NCBI GenBank assembly: GCA_035473355.1
Contig: DATIOJ010000126.1
Location: forward strand, 4,823-68,822
Reading direction: 5' to 3'
Source: Candidatus Limnocylindrales bacterium
GTDB lineage: Bacteria; Chloroflexota; Dormibacteria; Dormibacterales; Dormibacteraceae
Length of the DNA: 64,000 bases
Below the pieces are notes generated by a model. It searched no databases. It was not told the origin of the DNA and saw nothing but the letters and a program-made list of their open reading frames with translations. Each line of letters opens with the position of its first letter. The first letter of the stretch is position 1. A program made the position numbers and the translations under genes. Positions 47,625 through 57,558 of the stretch are shown in pieces.

Positions 47625-49598
47625 GTGGGTGTCAACAGGTCGGCCGAGCATGCGATCGAGACGCTGCAGGTCGAGAAGCGGCGCTACAAGCCAGATCGTG
47701 AGTTCAGCCGGCAGGCCAACGCCCAGCCCGAGATCTACGCGAAGGGCGTCGATGAGTTCTGGACCGAGGCGTCGAAGCGGATCACCTTCTTCGAGCCCTG
47801 GAGCAAGCTCTTCGAATGGAAGCCGCCTTACACAAAGTGGTACCTCGGAGGCAAGCTCAACGTCTGCTTCAACTGCGTCGACCGCCACGTCGAATCAGGG
47901 CTGAAGGACAAGGTCGCCTATTTCTGGGAAGGCGAACCGGAGGACGATCGGCGGGAGATCACGTTTGGCGAGCTGCAGCATGAGGTGGTGCGCTTCGCCA
48001 ACGGCCTGAAGAAGCTCGGCGTGAAGAAGGGCACGCACGTCGGCATCTACATGGGCATGATCCCAGAGCTCCCCGTGGCGATGCTCGCCTGCACCCGGCT
48101 CGGCGCCCCGTTCACGGTCGTCTTCGGCGGGTTCAGCGGCGAGGCGCTGTCCGACCGCATGAACGACATGAAGTGCGAGCTCCTGATCACGCAGGACGAG
48201 GGCTGGCGGCGGGGAAACAAGGTCCCGCTGAAGGCCAACGCAGATGCCGCGCTGGCCGACTCGCCCACCGTGAACCGGTGCCTCGTCGTGCGACGCACCG
48301 GTGGCGGAATCAACATGCAGCCGGGCCGTGACGTGTGGGCGCATGACGTGCTGCGAGACGTGGGCGACGATCCGAAGTCGTGTCCATGCGAGCCGATGGA
48401 TGCGGAAGACCTGCTCTACCTGCTCTACACGTCCGGCACGACGGCCAAGCCGAAGGGCATCATCCACACCACCGCGGGCTACCTGGTCGGCGTTTCGACC
48501 ACGCATCACTACATCTTTGACGTCAAGCCCGAGTCCGTTTACTGGTGCGCGGCCGACATCGGTTGGGTCACAGGCCACAGCTACATCGTTTTCGGTCCGC
48601 TGGCCAACGCGACCACGGGGATCATCTACGAAGGCACGCCGGACTTTCCCGACAAGGACCGCTGGTGGAAGATCGTCGAGCGCTACAAGCCCGACATCCT
48701 CTACACCGCGCCGACCACGATCCGCACGCACATGAAATGGGGCCCCGAGTACGCGCAGAAGCATGACCTCAGCTCGCTGCGTGTTCTCGGCTCGGTGGGT
48801 GAGCCGATCAACCCGGAGGCATGGGTCTGGTATCGGGAGCACGTCGGCGGCAACCGGACGCCCATCGTCGACACGTGGTGGCAGACCGAGACCGGGATGA
48901 TCCTCATCACGCCCCTTCCTGGCATCACCACGCTCAAGCCGGGATCGGCCACCAAGCCCTTCCCGACCATCGACGCCGCCGTCTACAACAACCAGGGCGA
49001 AGAGGTGCCGCCTGGGGGTGGCGGATACCTGGTCATTCGGCGGCCCTGGCCGTCGATGCTGCGCGGCATCTTCGGCGACCCCGAGCGCTACGAGAAGACC
49101 TACTGGAGCCGCTGGAAGGACACCTACTTCGTCGGCGACGGCGCGCGAATCGACGAGGATGGCGACTTCTGGCTGCTCGGCCGGGTCGACGACGTGATGA
49201 ACGTCTCGGGACACCGGATCTCGACAATCGAGGTGGAGAGCGCGCTGGTCAGTCACCCGGCGGTCGCTGAAGCTGCGGTGGCAGGGCGCAACGACGCGCA
49301 GACCGGCCAGGCGATCGTGGCGTTCGTGACGCTGAAGGGCGGCAAGGACGGCTCGCCCGCGATGCTCAAGGAATTGCGCGAGCACGTCGGGAAGGTGATC
49401 GGCAAGTTCGCCGCGCCGGCCAACATCGTCTTCACGCCGGAGCTGCCCAAGACGCGGTCGGGCAAGATCATGCGCCGGCTGCTCAGGGACGTTTCCGAGA
49501 ACCGCCCGCTGGGCGACACCACGACCCTCGCCGACCCGGCCGTCGTCGCCGAGCTGGCTCGGCGAGGCAAAGAAGAAGCGTCTAAAGAAGAGAGCTAG
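47625..49598 (+). CDS. acs: Acetyl-CoA synthetase
   Basis: 657 aa. YTSGTTAKPKGIIHTTAGY, WWQTETG and the C-terminal PKTRSGKIMRRLLR are canonical Acs motifs. Confidence 0.92.
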   Translation: MGVNRSAEHAIETLQVEKRRYKPDREFSRQANAQPEIYAKGVDEFWTEASKRITFFEPWSKLFEWKPPYTKWYLGGKLNVCFNCVDRHVESGLKDKVAYFWEGEPEDDRREITFGELQHEVVRFANGLKKLGVKKGTHVGIYMGMIPELPVAMLACTRLGAPFTVVFGGFSGEALSDRMNDMKCELLITQDEGWRRGNKVPLKANADAALADSPTVNRCLVVRRTGGGINMQPGRDVWAHDVLRDVGDDPKSCPCEPMDAEDLLYLLYTSGTTAKPKGIIHTTAGYLVGVSTTHHYIFDVKPESVYWCAADIGWVTGHSYIVFGPLANATTGIIYEGTPDFPDKDRWWKIVERYKPDILYTAPTTIRTHMKWGPEYAQKHDLSSLRVLGSVGEPINPEAWVWYREHVGGNRTPIVDTWWQTETGMILITPLPGITTLKPGSATKPFPTIDAAVYNNQGEEVPPGGGGYLVIRRPWPSMLRGIFGDPERYEKTYWSRWKDTYFVGDGARIDEDGDFWLLGRVDDVMNVSGHRISTIEVESALVSHPAVAEAAVAGRNDAQTGQAIVAFVTLKGGKDGSPAMLKELREHVGKVIGKFAAPANIVFTPELPKTRSGKIMRRLLRDVSENRPLGDTTTLADPAVVAELARRGKEEASKEES

Positions 49599-49624
49599 GC
49601 CGTTCTGGCACACACTTTGCGACC

Positions 49625-52153
49625 GTGACGACAGCGCCGGCCGTCGAAGAACGACCGGCCTTTGGCACGGGCGTGGCGCGCCAGCCTCGCCGTCCGATCC
49701 GGGGCTTCGTCAACCTCGCGGCTTCGGCCCTGGTCTCGGGGGCGGTGCTCTACGTGGCGTTCTTCCCCGCCGGACCGCTGCCCGCGCTCGGACCGTCGTT
49801 CAATCCCGCCACCGGCGCGTGGACGATGGCCGCGGACGCGCAGATCACCGACCGAACGCTTCCCCTCGCCGGACTGGAACAGCCGGTGCGCGTGGTGCTC
49901 GAGCCCAACGGCACCGCGCACGTCACGGCCCAGACCGACCACGATCTGTTCCTGGCGACGGGATACGTCCACGCTCGGTTTCGCCTGTTCCAGATGGACC
50001 TGATGCGGCGCCAGGGCGCCGGTCGGCTGTCCGAGATCGTGGGCAAGGTGGCGGTGCCGACCGACACGTTCGAGCTTCAGCTCGGCCTGCTCCGGACCGC
50101 GCAGGCGGAGTGGAACGCGCTTCCCGCCGGCGATCCCTCCCGGCTCGGTCTCATCGCGTACGCGCAGGGCGTGAACGACCGCATCGCCGAGGCGGAGTCC
50201 ATGCACCAGCTCGACGCGATGTTCACGCTGCTCGGCTACCGCCCTCAACCGTGGACGCCGATCGATTCGCTTCTCATCAAGGGGGACATGACCCAGACGC
50301 TCAACTTCACGGACACGCCGCTGGTGATGGCGCTGCTCAACAAGTCACTCGGAGCGGACCTCACGTCGGAGTGGTTCCCGGTCCTGCCCGCGAACCAGCA
50401 GTCTCCCTACGACACAGGTCCGTACAACAAGGCCGCGCCCACCCCCATCGCGCCCGTGGTCACGTCGAGCCTGGTCACTGACGCGGCCGCGCAGTCCGTC
50501 GCTGCTGTCTACGACCGTTTGGCGGCGCTGCCGGCCGGACTCCTGGCGCGGGGCGGCGAGAGCAACAACTGGGCGGTGGCGGGCGCCAAGAGCGCGAGCG
50601 GCGGAGCCCTCCTGGCCGGCGATCCCCACCTCCACCTGACCCTGCCGGCGATCTGGTTCCAGCTGACGATGGACTCGCCGGGCTACCATGCCGCGGGCGT
50701 CAGCATCCCCGGAACGCCGGTGATCCTGATCGGTCACAACCAGCACATCGCGTGGAGCCTGACCGACGCGCAGAACCAGCAGACGTTCTTCTATCTCGAG
50801 AAGGAAGACGCATCGCATCCAGGCATGTACTCCTGGAACGGGGCCTGGAAGGCGTACACGACCGTCGCCTACGACGTCCCCGTGCTGGGCGGCGCGACCC
50901 AGCACGTGACCGTGAAGCTGAGCGTGCACGGACCCGTGATCTCAGAGCGCGGCCAGACCACCTCGGTGTGGTGGGCGGGCAACGTTCCCTCGCAGGACCT
51001 CGGGGTTCTGCTCCGCGTCGGTCAGGCGAGCAACTGGTCCGAGTTCCGCGCGGCACTCCGCGACTGGTATTCGCCGACGCACAACTTCGTGTACGCGGAC
51101 GACGTGGGCAACATCGGGCTCATCTCCGCCGGCTACTACCCGCAGGTGGCCAAAGGGCAGCCGTGGCTGCCGATGCCCGGCACCGGCGAGTCGGACGTCG
51201 TCGGCACGATTCCGTATGACGACATCCCGCAGGCCTACAACCCACCCGACCACATCATCTGGTCCGCCAATCAGCGGGAGGTGACGGCGGACTACCCCTA
51301 CTACATCGGCACCGCCTCCAACTTCTTCGACCCCGGGTATCGGGCCGACGAGATCCACCGCGTGCTGAGCCAGCCCGGCAAGCTGACGGCGAGCGACATG
51401 GCGGCGCTGCAGACGGACACCCGCGACTTTCTCGCCTCGGAGATCGCCCCCGTGCTGCTGAAATCGCTCGACGGCGTGAAGCTGAACGCCACCGAAACTG
51501 CCGCCGTCGATCTGCTGCGCAGCTGGGACTACCGGATGGACGCGGACTCGCCGGGCGCGACGATCTGGGCGTACTTCTGGGGTTGGTACGTCGGCGAAAC
51601 CTTCGACCCGTGGTGGAAGTCCCGCGCTGTCCACATCGACATGGGGGAGGTCTATGACGCCCTGGGCCAGGACCTTGAAGCGTGGACCCTGCACGATCCG
51701 GGCAATCGCGCTTTCAGCGCACCGGGCGTTGGCTCGCGCACCGCGGTGGATGCGCAGAGGACGGCATTTCACAGGGTGATCGCCGACCTCGCCAAACAGC
51801 TGGGTTCGAACCCGAAATCCTGGACGTGGGGCAGAGTCCACACCCGGGTTCTCGAGAACCTGGCGCAGATCGCCGGGCTCAACTACGGCCCGCGCCCGGA
51901 CCGTGGCGACGCCTACACGCCGCTCGCGGCGCGCGGATTGCGTTCGACCGAGGGGCCGAGCTGGCGGATGGTCGTGGATTGGGGCAGCCGCACATTCCAG
52001 GGCGTCTACCCGGGCGGCCAGAGCGAAAACCCCTCCTCGAGCTGGTACACCAACCGGGTCGACACCTGGTGGAAGGGAAGCCTCGATCCGATGTTGAGCG
52101 CTGATGACGCCACGGGCGGGTCCGGCGTCAAGACCTGGAGCCTCCACCCTTGA
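49625..52153 (+). CDS. Penicillin acylase family protein (Ntn hydrolase, peptidase S45)
   Basis: 842 aa. It has the autoprocessing/nucleophile site GGESNNWAVAG and a conserved ...RFRLFQMDLMRR... alpha-chain segment. Confidence 0.88.
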   Translation: MTTAPAVEERPAFGTGVARQPRRPIRGFVNLAASALVSGAVLYVAFFPAGPLPALGPSFNPATGAWTMAADAQITDRTLPLAGLEQPVRVVLEPNGTAHVTAQTDHDLFLATGYVHARFRLFQMDLMRRQGAGRLSEIVGKVAVPTDTFELQLGLLRTAQAEWNALPAGDPSRLGLIAYAQGVNDRIAEAESMHQLDAMFTLLGYRPQPWTPIDSLLIKGDMTQTLNFTDTPLVMALLNKSLGADLTSEWFPVLPANQQSPYDTGPYNKAAPTPIAPVVTSSLVTDAAAQSVAAVYDRLAALPAGLLARGGESNNWAVAGAKSASGGALLAGDPHLHLTLPAIWFQLTMDSPGYHAAGVSIPGTPVILIGHNQHIAWSLTDAQNQQTFFYLEKEDASHPGMYSWNGAWKAYTTVAYDVPVLGGATQHVTVKLSVHGPVISERGQTTSVWWAGNVPSQDLGVLLRVGQASNWSEFRAALRDWYSPTHNFVYADDVGNIGLISAGYYPQVAKGQPWLPMPGTGESDVVGTIPYDDIPQAYNPPDHIIWSANQREVTADYPYYIGTASNFFDPGYRADEIHRVLSQPGKLTASDMAALQTDTRDFLASEIAPVLLKSLDGVKLNATETAAVDLLRSWDYRMDADSPGATIWAYFWGWYVGETFDPWWKSRAVHIDMGEVYDALGQDLEAWTLHDPGNRAFSAPGVGSRTAVDAQRTAFHRVIADLAKQLGSNPKSWTWGRVHTRVLENLAQIAGLNYGPRPDRGDAYTPLAARGLRSTEGPSWRMVVDWGSRTFQGVYPGGQSENPSSSWYTNRVDTWWKGSLDPMLSADDATGGSGVKTWSLHP

Positions 52154-52509
52154 GGACGGTGGTCGTCGTCCTGTCGGGCGTCATCGTGTCCCTCGTCGGC
52201 GTTCTGCTCGGTGCGTGGTGGATTCCGTTCCTGGCCGGAGCAGGGATCGCGCTGGTGGTCGGCCGACCGCTGATCGCCATCCCCGCCGGCGCCGCCGTCG
52301 GCCTCGTTTCCTGGCTGCTCCCGCTGGCGGGGATTCAGGTCCGCTACGGCCTCGGCGCCACGGCGTCCAGCCTCGCCGCGATCATGGGCTTCGACCACCG
52401 GGGCGCCGTGCCCGTGATCCTGGCCCTGCTCGTCGGCGCTCTGCTCGGCGTGACCGGCGCCTGGCTCGCGGGGGCCGCGCTCACGCTTGCCCGACCATCC
52501 CCTCGTTGA
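52150..52509 (+). CDS. Small hydrophobic membrane protein
   Basis: 119 aa with about 4 TM helices. The TTG start overlaps the acylase stop (TTGA). Confidence 0.5.
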   Translation: MRTVVVVLSGVIVSLVGVLLGAWWIPFLAGAGIALVVGRPLIAIPAGAAVGLVSWLLPLAGIQVRYGLGATASSLAAIMGFDHRGAVPVILALLVGALLGVTGAWLAGAALTLARPSPR

Positions 52510-52579
52510 CGGTTCTTCGGAGGAGTGATAGCTTCCAGCCACACTGAACGGCCCGTTTCAGATTTCGGGAGGGGAAGCG

Positions 52580-54142
52580 TTGGAGGAACAAACTAACCAG
52601 GCTGACGTAGCGGACCTGGCGAGGTTCGGGTACAAGCAGGAGCTCCGTCGGGCCCTGGGCGTCTACTCGAGCTTTGCAGTCGCCTTTTCGTACATCTCCC
52701 CATCGACCGGCATCTTCACTCTGTTCATCCTTGGCATCTCGCTGGCCGGCGGCTTCTTTTTCTGGAGCTGGCCCATCGTCGTCGTCGGGCAGCTGATCAT
52801 CGCCCTCAACTTCGCCGAGGTCAGCTCTCACTTCCCGGTTGCCGGCTCTGTGTACCAGTGGACGAAATACCTGTCCAACCGCACCTACTCCTGGTTCACC
52901 GGCTGGATCTACCTGTTCGCGGGGGTGCTGACCGTGGCCGCCGTCGTGGCGACGGTGCCGCTGGTCTTGATCCCGCTGATCAACAACGTGTTCAGCACGC
53001 AGATCCCCACCGATTTCGCCACCGAGCGAAACGTGGCGGCCCTCGTCCTCTTGAGCACCACGCTGCTGAGCATCTTTGGCGTGCGCCTGGTGGCGATCGT
53101 CAACAACACGGGCGTCGTGTTCGAGATCCTCGGCATGGTTGTCTTCGCCCTTGTGCTCATCCTCGTCTACCACCACCAGTCCGTCTCGGTCTTCACCGAC
53201 ACGAGTTATCTCGGATCCGGCTTCACGAGCCAGGCCGGCACTTTCCTCGCCGCGATGTTCATGTCGCTGTTCGTGATCTACGGATTCGACACCGCCAGCA
53301 CGCTGGCCGAGGAGACCAAGAATCCGCGCCGTGAGGCGCCGCGCGCGGTGATCGCCGCCGTGGTGGGCGCCGCCATCATCGGCGCGATCTTCCTGTTCGC
53401 CGTCGTGATCGCCGTTCCCGGCGACATGGGCAAGTTCGTCTCCGACATCAACGCGGGCAAGGATCCCTTCCCGCTGGTCACGATCATCGAGTCGAACTTC
53501 CCGGGCTGGGCGGCCAACCTCTACCTGTTCGTCGTGTTCGCGGCCATCTACGTCTGCTGCCTCGCCATCCAGACCTCGACCATCCGGCTCGCGTTCGGCA
53601 TGGCGCGCGACGGCAAGCTGCCAGGCGGCAGCTACTTCAACCGCGTCAACCCGACCCTGCACACGCCGGTCGGGACGTGCATCGTGGTCGGAGTCCTCGC
53701 CGGGCTCCCCCTCGTCTACTACACGGGCGCCGGCACCATCGCCATCGGCGCGACCGGGATGATCTACCTCTCGTACATCCTCGGCAACATCGGCATCCTG
53801 CTCGCCAGGCTGCTGAAGGGCTGGCCCAAAGAGAAAGCGCCGTTCAGCCTCGGCCAGTGGGGAGTGATCGTCAACATCCTCGGCCTCATCTGGGGCATCT
53901 CGATGGAGATCAACTTCCTGTGGCCGCGCAACGCCCTGGTCGGCGGCCAGAACCCGCCCCTAAGCGCGCTCCCCAACGCCACCGGTACCGGAACCATCGG
54001 TGTTCCGAGCCCGATCGGCGACATCCCCATCTACGAGCTCACGCTCGCGATCATCATCGTCGTCGGGGCCATCTACTGGGCCATCGCCCAACGCGGTGCG
54101 CCGGAGACAGCCGCAGTTCAACCCGTAGAAGCGACCGCGTAA
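52580..54142 (+). CDS. APC superfamily amino acid permease
   Basis: 520 aa, 12 TM helices, N-terminal ...LARFGYKQELRRALGVYSSFAVAFSYISP. GGGAGGGGAAG precedes the TTG start. Confidence 0.85.
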   Translation: MEEQTNQADVADLARFGYKQELRRALGVYSSFAVAFSYISPSTGIFTLFILGISLAGGFFFWSWPIVVVGQLIIALNFAEVSSHFPVAGSVYQWTKYLSNRTYSWFTGWIYLFAGVLTVAAVVATVPLVLIPLINNVFSTQIPTDFATERNVAALVLLSTTLLSIFGVRLVAIVNNTGVVFEILGMVVFALVLILVYHHQSVSVFTDTSYLGSGFTSQAGTFLAAMFMSLFVIYGFDTASTLAEETKNPRREAPRAVIAAVVGAAIIGAIFLFAVVIAVPGDMGKFVSDINAGKDPFPLVTIIESNFPGWAANLYLFVVFAAIYVCCLAIQTSTIRLAFGMARDGKLPGGSYFNRVNPTLHTPVGTCIVVGVLAGLPLVYYTGAGTIAIGATGMIYLSYILGNIGILLARLLKGWPKEKAPFSLGQWGVIVNILGLIWGISMEINFLWPRNALVGGQNPPLSALPNATGTGTIGVPSPIGDIPIYELTLAIIIVVGAIYWAIAQRGAPETAAVQPVEATA

Positions 54143-54149
54143 GGAGTCG

Positions 54150-56567
54150 TTGAGGAGCCAAGCGCGCGCCGTCGTCATCGGGGGCGGTGTCGGCGGCGCG
54201 TCCATCCTCTACTGGCTCGCGCGCCTGGGCTGGAAGGATGTTGTCCTGGTTGAGCGTGCCCGCGTGACGAGCGGCTCGACGTTTCACTCGGCGGGACTGG
54301 TGGGCCAGCTGCGCGGCTCGCTGAGTCTGACCCGGATGATGATGAACTCGGTCGACCTCTATCGAGCGCTGCGCGACGAGGTCGGCCTCGAGACGGGCTG
54401 GCACGAGGTCGGATCACTGCGACTCGCATCGAGCCCGGAGCGCATGGAGGAGCTCACGCGTCAGGCGGCGTGGGCAAAGACGTTCGGACTTCCCCTCCAG
54501 CTGATCTCCGCGCAGGAGGCGCAGCGCATGTTTCCACCGATGTCCACCGACGGCGTGCTGGGGGCCGCGTTCCTCCCGACCGACGGTTACATCGACCCGA
54601 GCCAGCTCACGTTCGCGCTGATCGAGGGCGCGCGCCGGCGCGGCGCCGAGATCTGCGAGGACACCCGCGTCACCGGCGTCGAGGTGGTCGATGGCAAGGT
54701 GAGCCGGGTCATGACCGACCAGGGCGAGATCGCGACCGACCTGGTGGTCAACGCCGGCGGCATGTTCGCGCCCGAGATCGGGCGCATGGCGGGCGTGACC
54801 GTTCCCCTCATCCCTTTCGCCCACGAGTACCTGATCACGCGGCCGGCCGGGCTGCCGCTCGACATGCCCACGATGCGCGACCCATCTCTGCTCGTCTACT
54901 ACCGGCCCGAGTCCGGCGGGCTGATCATGGGCGGCTACGAGCGCAATCCCGCGCCGTGGGGCCTGGACGGCGTCCCCGCCGATTTCAACGGCCGCCTTCT
55001 CGAGCCCGACTGGGACCGGTTCGAACCGCTGATGACCAACGCAATCGTTCGGACGCCCTCATTAAAGGACGCGGAAGTCGTACGCCTGGTCAATGGTCCG
55101 GAGGCCTTCACCCCGGACGGCGAGTTCATCCTCGGGCCGAGCGAGGTGCGCGGCTTCTGGGTCGCCGCAGGGTTCTGCGCCCACGGCCTTGCCGGCGCAG
55201 GAGGCATGGGCCGCCTGGTGGCGGAATGGATCGTCGACGGGCAGCCGAGCCTGGACGTGTGGGAGATGGACGCGCGGCGGTTCGGACGCGCCTACGCGAG
55301 CCGGACCTACACGCTGGACCGGACCTACGAGGTTTACTCGACCTACTACGACGTCAAGTACCCCGGCCACGAGCGAAGCGCCGGGCGACCGCTGCGACTT
55401 TCCCCGATCTACTCACGCCTGACCGAGCTGGGCGCCGCATTCGGCGAGAAGTCCGGCTGGGAACGGGTCAACTGGTTCGAGCCCAACGCGACCCGCGGTG
55501 ACGAGTCGCTGCGCCCGCGCGGTTGGGCGGGCAGGCTGTGGTCGCCGGGGATCGGCGCCGAGCACATTTCGTGCCGCGAGACCGCGGCACTCTTCGACTT
55601 CACGTCGTTCGCCAAGATCGAGGTCAGAGGTCGAGGCGCGGCCGAGTTTCTCGAGCGACTGACGGACAACCGTGTCGCCCGCGCAGTCGGGGCCCTGACC
55701 TACACGCAGATGCTCAACCACGCCGGCGGCATCGAATGCGACTTCACCGTGACCCGCCTCGGGGAGCGCCGCTTTCGCATCATCACCGGCACCGCGTTCG
55801 GCATGCACGACTTTTCGTGGATCCGCGATCACGCACCCTCGGACGGTTCTGTCGAAGTGGAGGACGTGACGTCCGCGTACGCGTGCGTGGGTTTGTGGGG
55901 ACCGCAGGCGCGGTCAATCCTGCAGGCCCTTACGCCGGTCGACATCTCCAATGCTGCGTTTCCGTTCATGACCGCGCGCGAGCTGGCGGTCGGTTCGGTT
56001 CCATGTCTCGCGCTGCGCGTGACGTACGTGGGGGAGCTCGGTTGGGAGCTGTACTGCCCGTCCGAGTTCGGGCTTCGGCTGTGGGACACCATCTGGGAGG
56101 CTGGTCAGCCGGCCGGCCTGGTGGCGGGCGGCTACAAGGCGGTCGATTCCCTCCGGCTGGAGAAGGGATATCGGGTGTGGGGTGCCGACATCACGCCGGA
56201 CGTCGATCCGTTCCAGGCCGGGCTCGGCTTCTGCGTGAAGCTCGACAAGGGCGACTTCATCGGCCGCTCGGTGCTGCTGGCCAGGCGCGAGTCACCGGCC
56301 GAGACAAAGCTCGCGTGCCTGGTCCTCGATGACCCTCGCGCGGTAGCGCTCGGCTCCGAGCCCGTACGGATCGAAGGCAGCGTGGTCGGCCGGATCACGA
56401 GCGGCGGATACGGCTATGCCGTTGAGAAATCAATCGCGTACGCGTATGTCCCGTTCTCGTGCGCGGTCGGCACACCGGTGGAGGTCGACATCTTCGGCGC
56501 GTGGATCAGCGGCCGGCTCGCGCAGGAGCCGCTCTACGACCCGGCCGGCTCGAAGATCCGGAGATAG
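54150..56567 (+). CDS. FAD-dependent oxidoreductase fused to aminomethyltransferase (GcvT) domains; dimethylglycine/sarcosine dehydrogenase family
   Basis: The N-terminal VVIGGGVGGAS is a DAO fold. The C-terminal half has GcvT-like ...FDFTSFAKIEVRG... and ...GYKAVDSLRLEKGY.... AAGGAG lies upstream of the TTG start. Confidence 0.88.
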   Translation: MRSQARAVVIGGGVGGASILYWLARLGWKDVVLVERARVTSGSTFHSAGLVGQLRGSLSLTRMMMNSVDLYRALRDEVGLETGWHEVGSLRLASSPERMEELTRQAAWAKTFGLPLQLISAQEAQRMFPPMSTDGVLGAAFLPTDGYIDPSQLTFALIEGARRRGAEICEDTRVTGVEVVDGKVSRVMTDQGEIATDLVVNAGGMFAPEIGRMAGVTVPLIPFAHEYLITRPAGLPLDMPTMRDPSLLVYYRPESGGLIMGGYERNPAPWGLDGVPADFNGRLLEPDWDRFEPLMTNAIVRTPSLKDAEVVRLVNGPEAFTPDGEFILGPSEVRGFWVAAGFCAHGLAGAGGMGRLVAEWIVDGQPSLDVWEMDARRFGRAYASRTYTLDRTYEVYSTYYDVKYPGHERSAGRPLRLSPIYSRLTELGAAFGEKSGWERVNWFEPNATRGDESLRPRGWAGRLWSPGIGAEHISCRETAALFDFTSFAKIEVRGRGAAEFLERLTDNRVARAVGALTYTQMLNHAGGIECDFTVTRLGERRFRIITGTAFGMHDFSWIRDHAPSDGSVEVEDVTSAYACVGLWGPQARSILQALTPVDISNAAFPFMTARELAVGSVPCLALRVTYVGELGWELYCPSEFGLRLWDTIWEAGQPAGLVAGGYKAVDSLRLEKGYRVWGADITPDVDPFQAGLGFCVKLDKGDFIGRSVLLARRESPAETKLACLVLDDPRAVALGSEPVRIEGSVVGRITSGGYGYAVEKSIAYAYVPFSCAVGTPVEVDIFGAWISGRLAQEPLYDPAGSKIRR

Positions 56568-57511
56568 GCCTCGAACGAGGGGTCCGATGCGGTTGCCTCG
56601 AGGCGCGCGAAATGTTTGGCGGCGTAGTCGGTGAATGCAAAGTCCAGCTCGGAGATCCCGCTCTGCAGCACGCCCCACATCGCCTCGCGAAAGTCCGACA
56701 TGAACCGCATCAGGCGCACCGATGCGAGGTCCTCGTCACGCGCTTGACCGAAGTAAGCCGCCAGCAGCTCGCGGTCGTCCTCGACCGTGAACTCGTGGTT
56801 GACAGAGAAGTTCGCCAGGTCGAAAAACCGATCGCCCATCCCCGCGTACTCCCAGTCGACGATCCGGACGGATCCTCCCCATTCATGGGGAGGTGTCGCC
56901 GAAGGCGACGGTGGGGCTTCGTCGATGAAGTTCGCGTTCAGCAGGTCGTTGTGGCACGGGACCACGGGCTGCTCTCCGCGCGCCGCCCGGATCCGCTGCG
57001 CCATCGCATGCGCCCGCGCAAACTGAGGAGGAGTCGTGACTCCGTGAGCGAGCGCTTTCGCGCGATAGTCCTCCACCACCGCGTGGGGGTCGAAGCGGCC
57101 CGGGATCGGCGCCGCCTCATGGAACCTGCGCAGCGCCGCAGCGACGCGCCCGAGCGTATCGGGCTCCCTCATCTCGTCCGGCGTGATCGCCTTGCCTTCG
57201 ATGAAGCGCGCCACGAGCCACCCTTCGGACGGGACGAAGGCCACCACCTCGGGCCCGACGCCGACCTCATAGGCCCGCATCCCGGCCGCGTGCTCCACCG
57301 CGCGATCGATGCCCAAGAGCTCGGTCCTTGCGCCGCCCATGCGCAGGACGAAGACCCCGCCGGCGACCTCGACCTTGTAGTTGTGATTGGTGATTCCGCC
57401 GCCCAGCTCCGTCACCCGCGCCGGGCGGTCCGGCCAGAGCCGGTCGACCGCCGCGCGAGCCGCCTGAGAGCTGGCCACCCGCCGCGGATCGTATCTGCTT
57501 TTTCCCCACAA
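56534..57511 (-). CDS. Choline/ethanolamine kinase-like phosphotransferase (APH fold)
   Basis: ...LGGGITNHNYKV..., the Brenner motif CHNDLLNANFI and the choline-kinase motif IVDWEYAGMGDRFFDLANF are present. The start is uncertain (TTG 57511 or GTG 57478). Confidence 0.75.
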   Translation of the reverse strand: MWGKSRYDPRRVASSQAARAAVDRLWPDRPARVTELGGGITNHNYKVEVAGGVFVLRMGGARTELLGIDRAVEHAAGMRAYEVGVGPEVVAFVPSEGWLVARFIEGKAITPDEMREPDTLGRVAAALRRFHEAAPIPGRFDPHAVVEDYRAKALAHGVTTPPQFARAHAMAQRIRAARGEQPVVPCHNDLLNANFIDEAPPSPSATPPHEWGGSVRIVDWEYAGMGDRFFDLANFSVNHEFTVEDDRELLAAYFGQARDEDLASVRLMRFMSDFREAMWGVLQSGISELDFAFTDYAAKHFARLEATASDPSFEAYLRIFEPAGS

Positions 57512-57558
57512 ATTCGGAGCCTTCGGCTTGAATTCGTGGGGGCCCCTATCATGGCCCG

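Noticed and set aside
47895-49613. 572-aa minus-strand ORF antisense to acs. The same applies to 45774..46970 (+), 52481..53662 (-), 59977..61182 (-), 62996..63838 (-), 50942..52147 (-) and 10420..11367 (-).
   Set aside because: All of these lie opposite genes with clear family motifs. They show the typical high-GC antisense composition and lack SDs or motifs.
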